From the NCBI GenBank assembly GCA_000092065.1, contig CP000584.1: a stretch of 64,000 bases of DNA. The stretch is one strand, 5' to 3'. Both the position numbers and the translations under genes were made by a program. Shown here in pieces: positions 9,244 to 19,462 of this stretch. The DNA is from Ostreococcus lucimarinus. Its lineage: Eukaryota. Positions within the stretch are counted from its first letter, which is position 1. Each line of letters opens with the position of its first letter. A model generated the notes under the pieces. It was not told the origin of the DNA. It saw only the letters and a list, made by a program, of their open reading frames with translations, and searched no databases.

Positions 9244-10842
9244 ATGGCGTCGAGCGAGCGCACGCCCTTGCGCTCCGACCGCGAGTCCACGCGATCGGTG
9301 TTCGCGTTCTCACCGTCGCGCGCGCGCGGGCGCGACGCCGCCGAGCCGCGCGCGGCGACGGTCGACGTCGACCCGAGCGCGGACGCAACACCCTCCGCGA
9401 GCTACGCGCGCTGGCCGCGACGCCGAGGGTACTCGATCGCCGTCCTCTGGTTCGTCGCGCTGACGCTGTGCGGGGCGGTGTTGTACGCGGTCGAACCGTC
9501 GTCGAGCGCGGCGAGCGCGCCGGCGAGCGCGACGCCGGCGAGCGCGAGCGAGGAGACGACGAGACTGGCGACGACGACGAGCGGGACGACGGCGACGAGC
9601 GGAACGACGGCGGCGAGGACGACGACGGACGGCGCGACGGATGGAACGTTGACGTTTGCGCCGGCGACGAATGAGACGACGACGACGGACGGGACGACGA
9701 CGGATGGGACGAGCGCGAGCGCGGCGACGCCGCTGACGGTGGATTGGGGCGAGGTGTTGCAGCCGGCGGGCGACGAACCGGCGACGACTGTTTCGTTGGA
9801 TGGCGAGCCGACGCCGACGTTTTCGGCGACGCCGACGCCGCCATCGCCGGCACCGATACCACCGCCCGAACCGCCGGCACCGCCGCCGGCGTTGAGCCTG
9901 TTGACGAGACATTTATTCTCGCCGAGCGCGTTCGCGCTCGGCGTCGTCGAGCGCTGCGCGGCGTGGACGACGCCCGCTTCGTGCTTGGGAGATAAGGATC
10001 TGTACGGATGCACGTGGACGGGGGTGGCGTGTCAGGTAGGGTGCGCCACGTTTGAGAGTCAAATCGGGTGCGACACGCAGGGCAGTCTGTGCGCGTTCGA
10101 TCAAGACGCCGGCGTGTGTTCGTTCGCGACGCACGGGTGCGCGGCGTACCGGGACATCGCGTCGTGCACCACGGCGGGCGGCGCGTGCGACTGGTCGGAA
10201 GGCACGTGTTTCGACATCGCGCGGGCGAACATCGTCTGCCACGCGACGTCACAGGAGGAGTGCAGAAGAGATCCAGCCGTGCCCATCGCGGAGCAGATAC
10301 CGTGCACGTGGCACGTCGAGGAGACGATTGAAATCGCCGACGCGCGCGTGTACACGGGCGCAGACGCCGCGGCTCCGAACTCGACCGGCCTGTGCGTGGC
10401 CGAACGTCGTTGCGCCGTGTTCACGAACAGTCACGATTGCGCGCAGTTATCGCCGCGATGCGTGTTCAATTTCGACCAAGGCGCGTGCGTCTCCTCGAGG
10501 CGCGTGCGCGAACAGCACAGACTGTGTTCGCCCAACGCCGACGAGCGCCATCGCTCGTGCCGCGAAGACCCTCAAACGGGCGGCGCCACATTTTGCAACT
10601 TCAGTTTTGGCCCCGCCGCTGGTTTCTGTCAGCGTTGCGGCGCCTTCGCGAGCGCCGACGCGTGCGACGCCCTCTTCAGCGATCGCGGCGCGCGCCGCTG
10701 CCGCGCCAAGTGCTTTCCGGACGAACCCATCCCGGCGCGCCTTCGCGATCACACGACGTACGAATATCCCGCCGGATATCCGACGTACGAATATCCCGCC
10801 GGATATCCCACCAACGTCACGCGACGCTCGCCGTCGCTTTAG
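9244..10842 (+). CDS. Cys-rich, Thr/Pro-rich (mucin-like) membrane or secreted protein, about 532 aa
   Basis: Starts MASSERTPLRSD..., with a signal-anchor VLWFVALTLCGAVLYAV and a T/S/A-rich stalk. Repeated Cys modules (CTWTGVAC, CAFDQDAGVC, CDWSEGTC, CVFNFDQGAC). Ends in a tandem TYEYPAGYP repeat. The ORF-track N-terminal part (8584-9243) is rejected because it overlaps the bilin reductase in another frame. Confidence 0.55.
   Translation: MASSERTPLRSDRESTRSVFAFSPSRARGRDAAEPRAATVDVDPSADATPSASYARWPRRRGYSIAVLWFVALTLCGAVLYAVEPSSSAASAPASATPASASEETTRLATTTSGTTATSGTTAARTTTDGATDGTLTFAPATNETTTTDGTTTDGTSASAATPLTVDWGEVLQPAGDEPATTVSLDGEPTPTFSATPTPPSPAPIPPPEPPAPPPALSLLTRHLFSPSAFALGVVERCAAWTTPASCLGDKDLYGCTWTGVACQVGCATFESQIGCDTQGSLCAFDQDAGVCSFATHGCAAYRDIASCTTAGGACDWSEGTCFDIARANIVCHATSQEECRRDPAVPIAEQIPCTWHVEETIEIADARVYTGADAAAPNSTGLCVAERRCAVFTNSHDCAQLSPRCVFNFDQGACVSSRRVREQHRLCSPNADERHRSCREDPQTGGATFCNFSFGPAAGFCQRCGAFASADACDALFSDRGARRCRAKCFPDEPIPARLRDHTTYEYPAGYPTYEYPAGYPTNVTRRSPSL
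10755..10808. repeat. 27-bp perfect tandem duplication (acgtacgaatatcccgccggatatcc) encoding TYEYPAGYP x2
   Basis: Direct repeat seen in sequence, in frame at the C-terminus of the Cys-rich protein. Confidence 0.85.
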
Positions 10843-11128
10843 CGCCTCACTCTAGCCTTGTAGTCTGCGCGCGCGACTCGCGTTCGTCCTCGCCGCGCGA
10901 CGCCGACGCCCCCGAACCGCGCGCGTCGCGTCCCTCGCCCCGCGGCGCGCGTTACACGTCGACGCGTCGACGCGCGGCGCGCCCGCGGGACGATGAAACG
11001 ACGATCGAGCGAAGACGCGGCCGACGCGGACGCGAGCGAGACGCCGAGCGCGGGCAAACGCGCGCGCGCGACGACGGCGACGATCGCCGAGAATCCGACG
11101 GGCGACGACGACGTGCGTGGAGACGCGC

Positions 11129-11138
<10 letters not shown>

Positions 11139-11165
<27 letters not shown>

Positions 11166-11168
11166 ACG
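11139..11168. repeat. (GACGCG)n hexanucleotide repeat inside a GC-rich low-complexity spacer (10843..11546)
   Basis: gacgcgacgcgacgcgacgcgacgcgacg seen directly. The surrounding 700 bp give Arg-rich ORFs in all frames. Confidence 0.7.
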
Positions 11169-11546
11169 GCGCGATGGCCGCCGAACCGCGACGCGCGCGC
11201 GGGACGAACGCGCGACGACGACGACGGTCGGGAACGCGTCGCGTCGGATCGCGCGCGAGCGAAGGCGCGAACGGCGCGTTTAAAGAAGAGACGCGCGCGA
11301 CGGATTCGACGCGCGCGCGGAACGCGGTGACTGACGACGCGCGCGAATGTGAACGTTGATGCATAGAAATCGAACGCGAAGTCGAACCGCAGGAGCTCGC
11401 GGACGTCGAACGCCGAGCCGGAGGCGGCGGCGGAGAAGGCGAACGGGAAACCCGCCGGCAAGGCGAAGACGAAGGCGAACGGAAACGGGAAGGGCGCGAC
11501 GAAAGGAGGTGCGCGCGTCGACGATCGCGCGATTCGCGCGTTTTGA

Positions 11547-12509
11547 GTGATGATGCGTGACGGGGGACTGACGATAGGACGGTGTTTCGACGCGATCGTA
11601 GACGACGTGACGAGCGTTGACTATCGCGAGGGCGAGTCGCTCGCGGCGCACTTGAAGCTCGACGAGGGCGTGCTCGATGTGTGCATTCCCGCCGAGGCTA
11701 CGTCGACCGCGAATCAGCACTTGCGCACGAGGCAGTTGTGGGGCACGGATGTTTACACGGCGGATTCCGATATCGTCGCCGTGCTCACGCACACTGGATA
11801 TTATCGTCCGAGCGGCGTCATGCCGCCGAATCTCGGCGCGGTGCGCGCCGTCATTCGAGCGACGCCGCACCCGGAAGATGGCTATCCCTCGACGAGTCGT
11901 AACGGTATTCGATCGCGATCGTGGGGACACATCAAAGAAGGGTGCGGATTTGTCGTCGAGAGCGCGCGGGCGGTGACGAGCTCTGGCGTCGAAATCGACT
12001 TGACGCCGAACACGATGCGTCGCAAGGTTTCGCCAACGTTTTTCCCGATTGAGAAGGAGCACGTCGTGCACACGCGTAATTCTGCGGCTAACGCCACGGG
12101 TAAGAAGGGTTTGATTCGTGAAGTGACGATTCAGTACAATTTATGCAACGAACCGTGGATGAAGTACAGCGTCAGCCTCGTCGCAGATCAAGGCTTCAAG
12201 AGATCGCAGTGGACGTGCGCGCGACTTCGCCGGGAAGTCTTGTACGTCGAGACGCATCACAAGAGGTACGAGTTGAGCTGCGTGCCTGGAAAGGATGGTG
12301 AAGAGAGTAGATTCAGATGGGCCGCGAGTAAGAAGCCGCTCCCGCTTGATAAGACGCGCGAAGTGGGAGTGCCGTTGCCGAAGGCGCACGTCGACGTCGC
12401 CGCCGACGATTTGCGCTGGGACGAGATTCATTGGGGATCGAACTCGGTGATCATTCGCGACAAGGAGTACCAGCTCGCGCGCTTACAATACCTTCCGCGC
12501 GGTAAGTGA
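11547..12509 (+). CDS. Conserved eukaryotic hypothetical protein (possibly Rxt3-like), 320 aa
   Basis: Non-repetitive globular sequence. The block RTRQLWGTDVYTADSDIVAVLTHTGYYRPSG resembles, from memory, the conserved core of Rxt3-type histone-deacetylase-complex subunits. Unverified. Confidence 0.45.
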   Translation: MMMRDGGLTIGRCFDAIVDDVTSVDYREGESLAAHLKLDEGVLDVCIPAEATSTANQHLRTRQLWGTDVYTADSDIVAVLTHTGYYRPSGVMPPNLGAVRAVIRATPHPEDGYPSTSRNGIRSRSWGHIKEGCGFVVESARAVTSSGVEIDLTPNTMRRKVSPTFFPIEKEHVVHTRNSAANATGKKGLIREVTIQYNLCNEPWMKYSVSLVADQGFKRSQWTCARLRREVLYVETHHKRYELSCVPGKDGEESRFRWAASKKPLPLDKTREVGVPLPKAHVDVAADDLRWDEIHWGSNSVIIRDKEYQLARLQYLPRGK

Positions 12510-12564
12510 GGTCACTAGAAGAAATACACGCCCTTGAAAATACAATCTTATTAAAGTCTAGACT

Positions 12565-13674
12565 TCATCGCGACGAACCGAGTCGACCGCGCGGTCCTCG
12601 ACCGAACGTCTCGTCAACCATCAAATCAACGTCACCGTACTCACTTCCCTCAGTGGTCCAGTCTTCGTTTACACCACCGACGATGACTTGCTTCAAACCG
12701 AAGTACTCGCGCGAAAACTGAATCAAAGAGTTTATCAAAACGTCAAACGCCATCTCGTCCGCGGTGCCCAGATCCACCCACACGCGGGCCCACTCCGCCT
12801 TGTACTCCACCTCTGACATTTCGTGGAACACGTGCGACGATGTATCGGTGCTAAATTCGTGCGCTTGTTCCATTGAATAGTCCATGAACGACACCGAATC
12901 AAAATTTTCACCCGCCTGCATGTTGTACGAGTTGAATCCGCCCAATTTTCCGAGCACAAACCACGCTTTAAACACTTCCTCAAACAACGGTTTTTCCATC
13001 TCCGCGATCGCGTTGTGCGACTCGACCCATATCCAGCAATTGAACGGGTTCACCTCGCGAAACCTCACGAGCGTCGGCACGGTAGATCCACTCCTCTCTT
13101 GATAAATCTTCGCCTTTTTCTGCTCAAACCGTTCTCGAATCTTCGCCTCGACCGCCTTCGGATCCCCATTCGCCCCCTCCAGCAACGCCGCGATCTCCGG
13201 ATCGCGCGCCGATTCTTCCTTTAATATTTCCATCCATTTTTCATTCGCCGCCCTCGCGTCTTCGCCTTCTTCGTCCCCCGCGCGCGTCCCGCTCGCGCTC
13301 GCGCCGTCGCCGCGCGTCTCGCCTCGTCCTCCCGTCCGCCGTCGCGCCTCCCGTCGCGCCTCCCTCGCCGCGTCCGCGTCCTCGTCACTCCCGCGCGTCT
13401 CTCCTGCGCCCTCTCCCGCCGTCGCGCGCGTCCCGATCGCTCCCGCGCGTCGCCTCGCGCTCGCCCTCGCGCCGCCGCCGCCGCCCTCGCGTCGTCGTCG
13501 TCGTCGCGTCCCTCGCGCGTCGATCGCGCCGCGCGCGCGCGCGTTCGCCCGCGCCGCGCTCGCGCGCATCGTCGCCGACGCGCGCGTCGCGACGCGAGCC
13601 GTCGTCGCGCGTCGTCGTCGTGTGCGGCGCGCGAATCGCGTCGAGGGGAACGAAGCCGCGAGACCAATCGACAT
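12565..13674 (-). CDS. Hypothetical protein, likely organelle-targeted
   Basis: The C-terminal 230 aa are non-repetitive (TVPTLVRFREVNPFNCWIWVESHN...FKAWFVLGKLGGFNSYNMQAGENFD). The N-terminal approximately 130 aa are Arg/Ala/Gly-rich, so the start is uncertain. Confidence 0.45.
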   Translation of the reverse strand: MSIGLAASFPSTRFARRTRRRRATTARVATRASATMRASAARANARARGAIDARGTRRRRRREGGGGGARASARRRAGAIGTRATAGEGAGETRGSDEDADAAREARREARRRTGGRGETRGDGASASGTRAGDEEGEDARAANEKWMEILKEESARDPEIAALLEGANGDPKAVEAKIRERFEQKKAKIYQERSGSTVPTLVRFREVNPFNCWIWVESHNAIAEMEKPLFEEVFKAWFVLGKLGGFNSYNMQAGENFDSVSFMDYSMEQAHEFSTDTSSHVFHEMSEVEYKAEWARVWVDLGTADEMAFDVLINSLIQFSREYFGLKQVIVGGVNEDWTTEGSEYGDVDLMVDETFGRGPRGRLGSSR

Positions 13675-13785
13675 TCATTTAATCCGCGCGCGGCGCGTCA
13701 CTTGTCGACGCGAGCGCGCCTCATCGCGCGTCCAACGCACGGCCTTCGACGAGGGCGTATTTTTCGTGATCTTTGCGACGCGACC

Positions 13786-13875
13786 ATGCTGAGTCCGACG
13801 CGACGACGCGCGACGGTTGAGTCGACGACGTCGTTCGAGCACTGTCGAGCGGGGACGCCGACGGGACGAGCGCAG
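13786..13875 (+). CDS. CDC20: CDC20/Fizzy exon 1 (MLSPTRRRATVESTTSFEHCRAGTPTGRAQ)
   Basis: In-frame ATG, then donor CAG|GTGCGCG at 13876. The S/T/P-rich N-terminus matches Cdc20 N-termini in composition. Inferred, weakest of the three exons. Confidence 0.4.
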
Positions 13876-14086
13876 GTGCGCGCGCGCGACGGCGAGGCGA
13901 GGCGAGGCGCGCGCGCGCGGAATTCGCGTCGCGAAAACCGTTCGCGTCGCGCGCGGTGATAAGCGCGGTTCGACGCGCGCGCGGGACGCGCGGGACGCGC
14001 GGATGGCGATGGCGATGGCGATCGAGGGGATGGATGATCGTCGAGCGAATCGACGCGCGAGACTGACGATGTTGACGGTTCGATAG

Positions 14087-14209
14087 GTCGATCGATTCAT
14101 CCCGAGCCGTAGCGCGTTGGATTTGGACGTGGCGCACTACAATTTGTCCCGAGAGGGCGGGGAATCGGAGGTGGATGATGCGGTAAAGGAGATCAAGTCT
14201 CCGGCGAAG
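14087..14209 (+). CDS. CDC20: CDC20/Fizzy exon 2, containing the C-box (DRFIPSR)
   Basis: Translates VDRFIPSRSALDLDVAHYNLSREGGESEVDDAVKEIKSPAK. Bounded by acceptor ...gatAG| and donor AAG|GTGCGCG. In-frame stops flank it in genomic DNA. Confidence 0.65.
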
Positions 14210-14317
14210 GTGCGCGCGTCGACGCGCTCGAAGCGCGCGCGGACGAACGCGTGGAGTGAATGAATGAGTTCGTTGAGACTGACGACGAAATCGATCGCGC
14301 GATGATATGATGCACAG

Positions 14318-15493
14318 GAAGCGTATAAGAAAAGTCTTGCGGATAACTTCCACGTGGATAACGGAAGCGATTCGGCGAAGATTCTCGCGTTCAAGTCAAA
14401 GGCGCCGGCGCCGCCGAGCGGGTTGGAAAACTCGGCGCGCGGTGTCTACACGAACAACTCCGCGGGAGTGAAGGCGAAGAAGACGTTCCGTCAGATTCCC
14501 AGCGCTCCCGAACGCATCTTAGATGCGCCGGAGTTGATCGATGACTACTATTTGAACCTTATCGACTGGGGGTCGTCGAACCAAGTCGCGGTGGCGTTGG
14601 GGTGCACCGTGTACATGTGGAACGCGGATACTGGGGCTATCAACCAATTGTGCCAGACCAACCCGGATGACGAAGATGATTACATCACCTCCGTCAACTG
14701 GGGTGCGGACGGTAAGCACATTGCGGTGGGTACGAACAGTGCGGAGGTTCAAATTTGGGACGCGGCGCAGTGCAAGAAGGTGCGTACGTTGCGAGGTCAC
14801 GCCGCGCGGGTGGGTGCGGTCTCGTGGAACGGTTCGCAGCTTGCAACGGGTAGTCGTGATAACAACATCATGATTCACGACGTTCGCATTCGCGAGCATT
14901 GCACCTCGACGCTCCAGGTTCACCAGCAAGAGGTTTGTGGCTTGAAGTGGAGCCCGAGTGGCAATCAGCTCGCGTCTGGCGGTAACGACAACTTGTTGCA
15001 CATCTTTGATGCGAGCTCCATCGGCAATCAACAAGCGTTGCACAGATTAGATGCGCATCAAGCTGCCGTTAAGGCTCTCGCCTGGTGTCCGTTCCAGTCC
15101 AACTTGCTCGCTTCGGGCGGCGGTACCGCCGACCGTTGCATCAAGTTTTGGAACACGAACACCGGCGCCATGCTCAACTCTGTGGACACGCACTCGCAAG
15201 TGTGCTCGTTGCAGTGGAACACGCATGAGCGGGAGCTTTTGTCGTCGCACGGTTACAGCCAAAACCAGTTGTGTTTGTGGAAGTATCCGACGATGACCAA
15301 GATGGCCGAGTTGACGGGTCACCAAGCGCGAGTGCTTCACATGGCGCAGTCTCCGGACGGTACCACGGTGGTATCGGCGGCCGCGGATGAGACTTTGCGA
15401 TTCTGGAAGTGCTTCGATAACGCTAGCGAGAAGACCAAGAAGGTGCGCGATTCCAATGACTCATCTGTTTTGCGCAGGTTCAATTTCCGCTAA
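14318..15493 (+). CDS. CDC20: CDC20/Fizzy exon 3 (WD40 propeller, APC/C activator)
   Basis: Acceptor gcaCAG| at 14315-17. [38 protein letters not shown] followed by seven WD repeats. The ORF-track start is a GTG, not an ATG. Confidence 0.9.
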   Translation, partial: EAYKKSLADNFHVDNGSDSAKILAFKSKAPAPPSGLENSARGVYTNNSAGVKAKKTFRQIPSAPERILDAPELIDDYYLNLIDWGSSNQVAVALGCTVYMWNADTGAINQLCQTNPDDEDDYITSVNWGADGKHIAVGTNSAEVQIWDAAQCKKVRTLRGHAARVGAVSWNGSQLATGSRDNNIMIHDVRIREHCTSTLQVHQQEVCGLKWSPSGNQLASGGNDNLLHIFDASSIGNQQALHRLDAHQAAVKALAWCPFQSNLLASGGGTADRCIKFWNTNTGAMLNSVDTHSQVCSLQWNTHERELLSSHGYSQNQLCLWKYPTMTKMAELTGHQARVLHMAQSPDGTTVVSAAADETLRFWKCFDNASEKTKKVRDSNDSSVLRRFNFR

Positions 15494-15966
15494 GGCGAGG
15501 GCGGCTGTACCATCTGTATCCATCCATTCCCGCGCAATCCGACACCACCGAACGATTCCGTGCATGCAGATTCCCTCACCCATTATTTTCACTAGCAGTT
15601 GGTGACTGACTCTTCGACCACACACCGCGCTCGCTTTCGATTTTTATTGTGTTTTCACGGCTTACGTCTCGCCGCGGCGTCGTCTCGCCGCGACCGTCGC
15701 TCATCACCGTCGGCGCGGCGAACCACGACGACGTCGCACCGCGCGCGCCACGCCCAGGAAAAAGGAAAGAAAAACGAGGTCTTCATCGGTTTATGTACTA
15801 CATTGGGTCCAAGGGTGTTTTCATCAACACCACCAGCGCTCAAGATTGTCGTCTCGCTCTCTCGTCTCACATTCCATGCATTCCGCGCTCAAAGTGTTCA
15901 ATTTAAATCTCGTCCAGCGACAGGTGACCGTCATCCCTCCGCACACTCGCGCGCGCGCGCCGCGCC

Positions 15967-15991
15967 ATGCTCGTGGGCGCGAATAATTTCC
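15967..15991 (+). CDS. CDC45: CDC45 exon 1 (MLVGANNF + 1 nt)
   Basis: ATG in gccATGc context. Donor C|GTGCGTG at 15992. Splicing to 16143 gives MLVGANNFHFAYSTIRDEG..., comparable to human MFVSDFRKEFYEVVQS. Confidence 0.45.
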
Positions 15992-16142
15992 GTGCGTGAT
16001 CGCGCGCGCGCGTTTCGCGATCACTCGTCGCGCTCGACCGCGCGCGCGTCGCGCGCGACCGCGACGGATCGACATTTGATTTTGAATGCGCTCGACGCGA
16101 GACTGACGCACCGCGCGCGCGAACGCGCGACTCGAACGACAG

Positions 16143-17884
16143 ATTTCGCGTATAGCACGATCCGCGATGAAGGCGCGAACTGCCCCGTGCTCGTGTACGT
16201 GTCCACGGCGGACGTGGACGCGCTGTGCGCGTTTAGAACGCTGAAGCTGATGCTTCGGAGCGACAACGTGGCGTATTCGGTGTTCCCGGTGAGTGGATAC
16301 GGCGAGTTGCAGCGGCTCGGGGAGGAAATCCCGGACGATGGGCAACAGCGAGCGATCGTGTTGATAAACTGTGGGGGCACGGAGGATGTGAAGACGGTGA
16401 TGGGGTTGCGCGAGGGCGCGAGAGCGTACGTGTTCGATTCGCACAGGCCGTTGGATTTGGAGAACACGAGGGCGGATAATCAGGATGTGTTGGTGATGCG
16501 GGACGATAAGGAAGGAGAAGAGTCGTTTCCAGAGCCGGACTCGGAGGATGACAGCGACAGCGACGATGATGATGACGAAGATGACGACGCGGGGGCAAAA
16601 GGTGGAGAGTCGCCGAGGACGAGACGGTTGCGAAAGGCGGAAAAGCAGCGCGAAAGGGCGGCGTATTACGCGCGCGGGTCGTTCTACGGACGATCGAGTG
16701 GGATGGTGATGTATGACATAGCGTACAGAATGAGCAAGGATAGGTTGGAAAATTATTTACCGCTTTGGTTGGCGGTGTTGTCGATGACGGATCAGTACTT
16801 GCATCAAAGGTTGTCGCACGAGATGTACACTTCGTGCGTCATGGAGCTCGCAACTCGCGTGAGCGCGATGTCGAACGCCGATATGCCGACGACGCGGTCT
16901 TTAGAAGATGGCACTATCGTCAAGGCGTTCGACGAACGGCGTTTGCAGTACAATGAGGAGTTTAGATTTATGCTTTTACGCCACTGGACGCTGTACGAGT
17001 CAATGCTGCATAGCAATTACGTTGCGACGCAGTTGCAAACGTGGACGGAGCGTGGCCGAGCGAACTTGAACTCCCTCTTCGCGCATGTGGGGATCCCTTT
17101 GGACGTGGCGAAGCAAAAGTATTCGCACATGTCTCCGGCGCAAGTGAAACAATTTGAGGAAAGGTTGGATGAGTACGGCGCGTCGCACGGATTGGATAAC
17201 GTCAAGTTTTGGTCGTTTCAGTATTCCCATGGCTATGCACTGAGAGTGTGTGCTGCGGATGTCGTGTACGGCGCGACAGCGTTGCTCGAAGGCATGCTTG
17301 ACAGAGAAGAGGAGGATAGAACACCCGCGGATAACTTTTGGCGAGCATCGCAGGCGCTGTCGTTGGGCAATTGGGACGAGATGGAGGCGGGCATCAGCCA
17401 CGCCATCCGATTGCAACAAGCTGTTATGCGACAAGGTGGGATCGCGCTCGCTTCTTCCGCGCACATTCGCACGACTGGGAGTTTGCGATGCTTTTCTTTG
17501 CTCGATCATGGATCGCCGGCGGATGTCAAATTGTTCATGCACCCGCTGTCGTTGTTGAAGCTCGCGTTGTTCGTGCAAGACGCACTTCGCGTGACAAAGA
17601 AACGGCTTCGGCCACTTGTCTGCATTGGTCCATCTGCGGAAGATGAATCCCTCGCGCTCATCGTCGGTGTCACCGCCAAGCCAAACACCGACGACGCCGC
17701 TGGCGGAAACTTCTTCACGCACTCGTTCAAAATGGCCGCTGAACGTATTCACGCGCGTTTCCGACACGACTCTTTCGAAGCCTCCGTGATACAAGTCGCT
17801 CGACGTGACTTGGGACCATTCATCGAGGCGCTATCTGACATTGACGCCGAGCGTCTGGCGCGTTTGCGAATGGCCGCCGCATAG
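16143..17884 (+). CDS. CDC45: CDC45 exon 2 (DNA replication initiation factor CDC45)
   Basis: Acceptor acgaCAG| at 16140-42. PVLVYVSTADVDALCAFRTLKLMLRSDNVAYSVFPVSGYGELQ...AIVLINCGG, an acidic DSDSDDDDDEDDD loop, and SSGMVMYDIAYRMSKD match CDC45 along its full length. The ORF-track 5' part (15599-16140) has no homology. Confidence 0.85.
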
Positions 17885-17915
17885 GATGCAGAAGCTCGTT
17901 GGATGTTTTTGTGTT

Positions 17916-17920
17916 GTAAT
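17916..17920 (+). promoter_or_regulatory. TGTAA (UGUAA) candidate poly(A) signal, 32 nt after the CDC45 stop
   Basis: Green-algal UGUAA poly(A) signal is established knowledge. The motif is seen at this position. Confidence 0.45.
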
Positions 17921-17931
17921 GAATCTCTGTT

Positions 17932-17936
17932 TTACA
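17932..17936 (-). promoter_or_regulatory. TGTAA on the minus strand, 15 nt after the Beclin stop
   Basis: Reverse complement of ttaca. CDC45 and Beclin converge with only 66 bp between their stops. Confidence 0.45.
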
Positions 17937-17950
17937 AACGCATTTTGGTT

Positions 17951-19350
17951 CTAGTCTTTATGCGATAGCCACGCGAGCATAAGCTTCAAGTCCGTTAGCA
18001 TCAGTTGAAGCGCTTGCGTCCAGTTCTCGTCTCGATTAAACGTAAACGTCATCTTTTTTCCGTCCACCTTGTCGCCAGAAATTGGGTACGGCAGTTCAAA
18101 CGGTGGATTCACGCCCTGGCGTACATCTCTCGCCCGCATGAATTCAGCTAACTCGGAGAGGCAGGTGAGAAATCCTATAACTGCTTTGTCGTACTTATGA
18201 GACGATATGATAGACACCGGCCCGAAAAGTTCGAACACGTTACCCTTGGCGTCGCACACTTTGGGAAAGCTACCCATCGGCTTGAGCGTGTATTGCGTAA
18301 ACGTAAACTTGCAAATGCGCGCCATGGAGTGCAACAGCAAACACACCAGCCCAAACGCAGTATTGATTTCTTCCCATTCCACCACAGGCGCGGGGAGACG
18401 CCCGAGACGAAAGCCATTAATCGTGCCAAACGCACCGTCGCGCCAGATGTGAAACGCATCGTTGAACACGTTCGTCTTTTCCAAACGTTCGAGATGCGTT
18501 TGCGCTTGCTCCGTTCGCGCCACGATGGAATCTCTTTTTTCTAAGTGCGCGTTTAAATTCTTCTTAAACGCGTGGAACTCGCGCCAGTACGTATTCTCAG
18601 CCTCGTCCAAAGCCGCCGCTTTCTTGGCCAACTTGCTCCTCGCCGCGCGCGTTGACTCAAGCTCGATTTCCAACGCCCTCAATGTTTCCTCCGCTTCCCG
18701 CTCCGCCTTCTCCATGTCCCTCACGGCGTGCGAAATCACCTTTGTCACGCCACCACGCCCGCTCGTCCTGCCGTCGATCCCTCTGGACTCGCTCCGTTCC
18801 TCTTCCTCCTCCGCCTCGCGCAACGCCTCCAACGTCTCCTCGTACTCCGCGCACTCCGCCTCCGCCTCCTTCGTCCGCCTTTCAATCTCCGCCACCACGG
18901 ACGACGAACACGCATCGCACAACGGATGATCCATATCGCTCAAATCACTCGCGATATCGAATATCCGCGCCATGACGCTCGCATCCGCGTCGCCTCCCTC
19001 GCCTCGCAGTTCGGCGCTCGGCAGCACCACGAACGACTCCCCCATCGTCCCTCCCTCGTGCGTCGTTCGTCCGCGCAGCGTCGCCGCCAGCGTCACAGGT
19101 GATGGCGCGCCGCTCGAAGATTTCGACGCGTCCGATTTTCTCGCGCGCAACGCGAGTTCGGGCGCTAAAACGACGAAAGATTCCTCCAACGTGGCGTTTC
19201 TGGACAGCGCTGGGACGTTGACGAATTCGAGCGCGCGCGCGCACGCGGCGCATCGGAAACGCACGGGCGCGGGCTCTGACGGTCGCGACGACGGTTGCGG
19301 TTGCGTCGGGCGCAGGGGCGATCGCGAGGGCGACGATGGATGCGACGCCA
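17951..19350 (-). CDS. BECN1: Beclin-1 / ATG6 / VPS30 (autophagy and PI3K complex subunit)
   Basis: Coiled-coil region plus a C-terminal BARA domain (WRDGAFGTINGFRLGRLPAPVVEWEEINTAFGLVCLLLHSMA...TFTFNRDENWTQALQLMLTDLKLMLAWLS). The ORF extends to 19462 but abuts the upstream gene's stop, so the likely start is MASHPSS at 19350. Confidence 0.9.
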
Positions 19351-19462
19351 TCGCGTCGTTCTGCCGAATGGTCGTTCGTCGGCTGATGGTTGGCGTTTGA
19401 AAAGAAGCGACGAGGGGCGACGACGACGTCATAAATTTCGTCTGTAAAACTGATCTACTCAC

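Noticed and set aside
9203-10252. 349-aa, 200-aa and 203-aa minus-strand ORFs
   Set aside because: Antisense to the Cys-rich membrane protein. Pro/Arg/Ser low complexity, with no signal peptide or domain logic.
10392-11461. 312-aa plus ORF, and the 170-aa and 169-aa minus ORFs
   Set aside because: All lie in the (GACGCG)n low-complexity spacer. Mutually overlapping in several frames, so none is credible without expression data.
13675-14353. 141-aa and 210-aa minus ORFs
   Set aside because: Antisense to CDC20 exons 1-2 and their introns. Arg-rich.
15599-16140. First 180 codons of the 761-aa CDC45 ORF
   Set aside because: No homology to the CDC45 N-terminus, which begins about 20 aa before the DVDALCA block. 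The only ATG is a TTG/GTG-type track start. Replaced by a short exon 1 plus intron.
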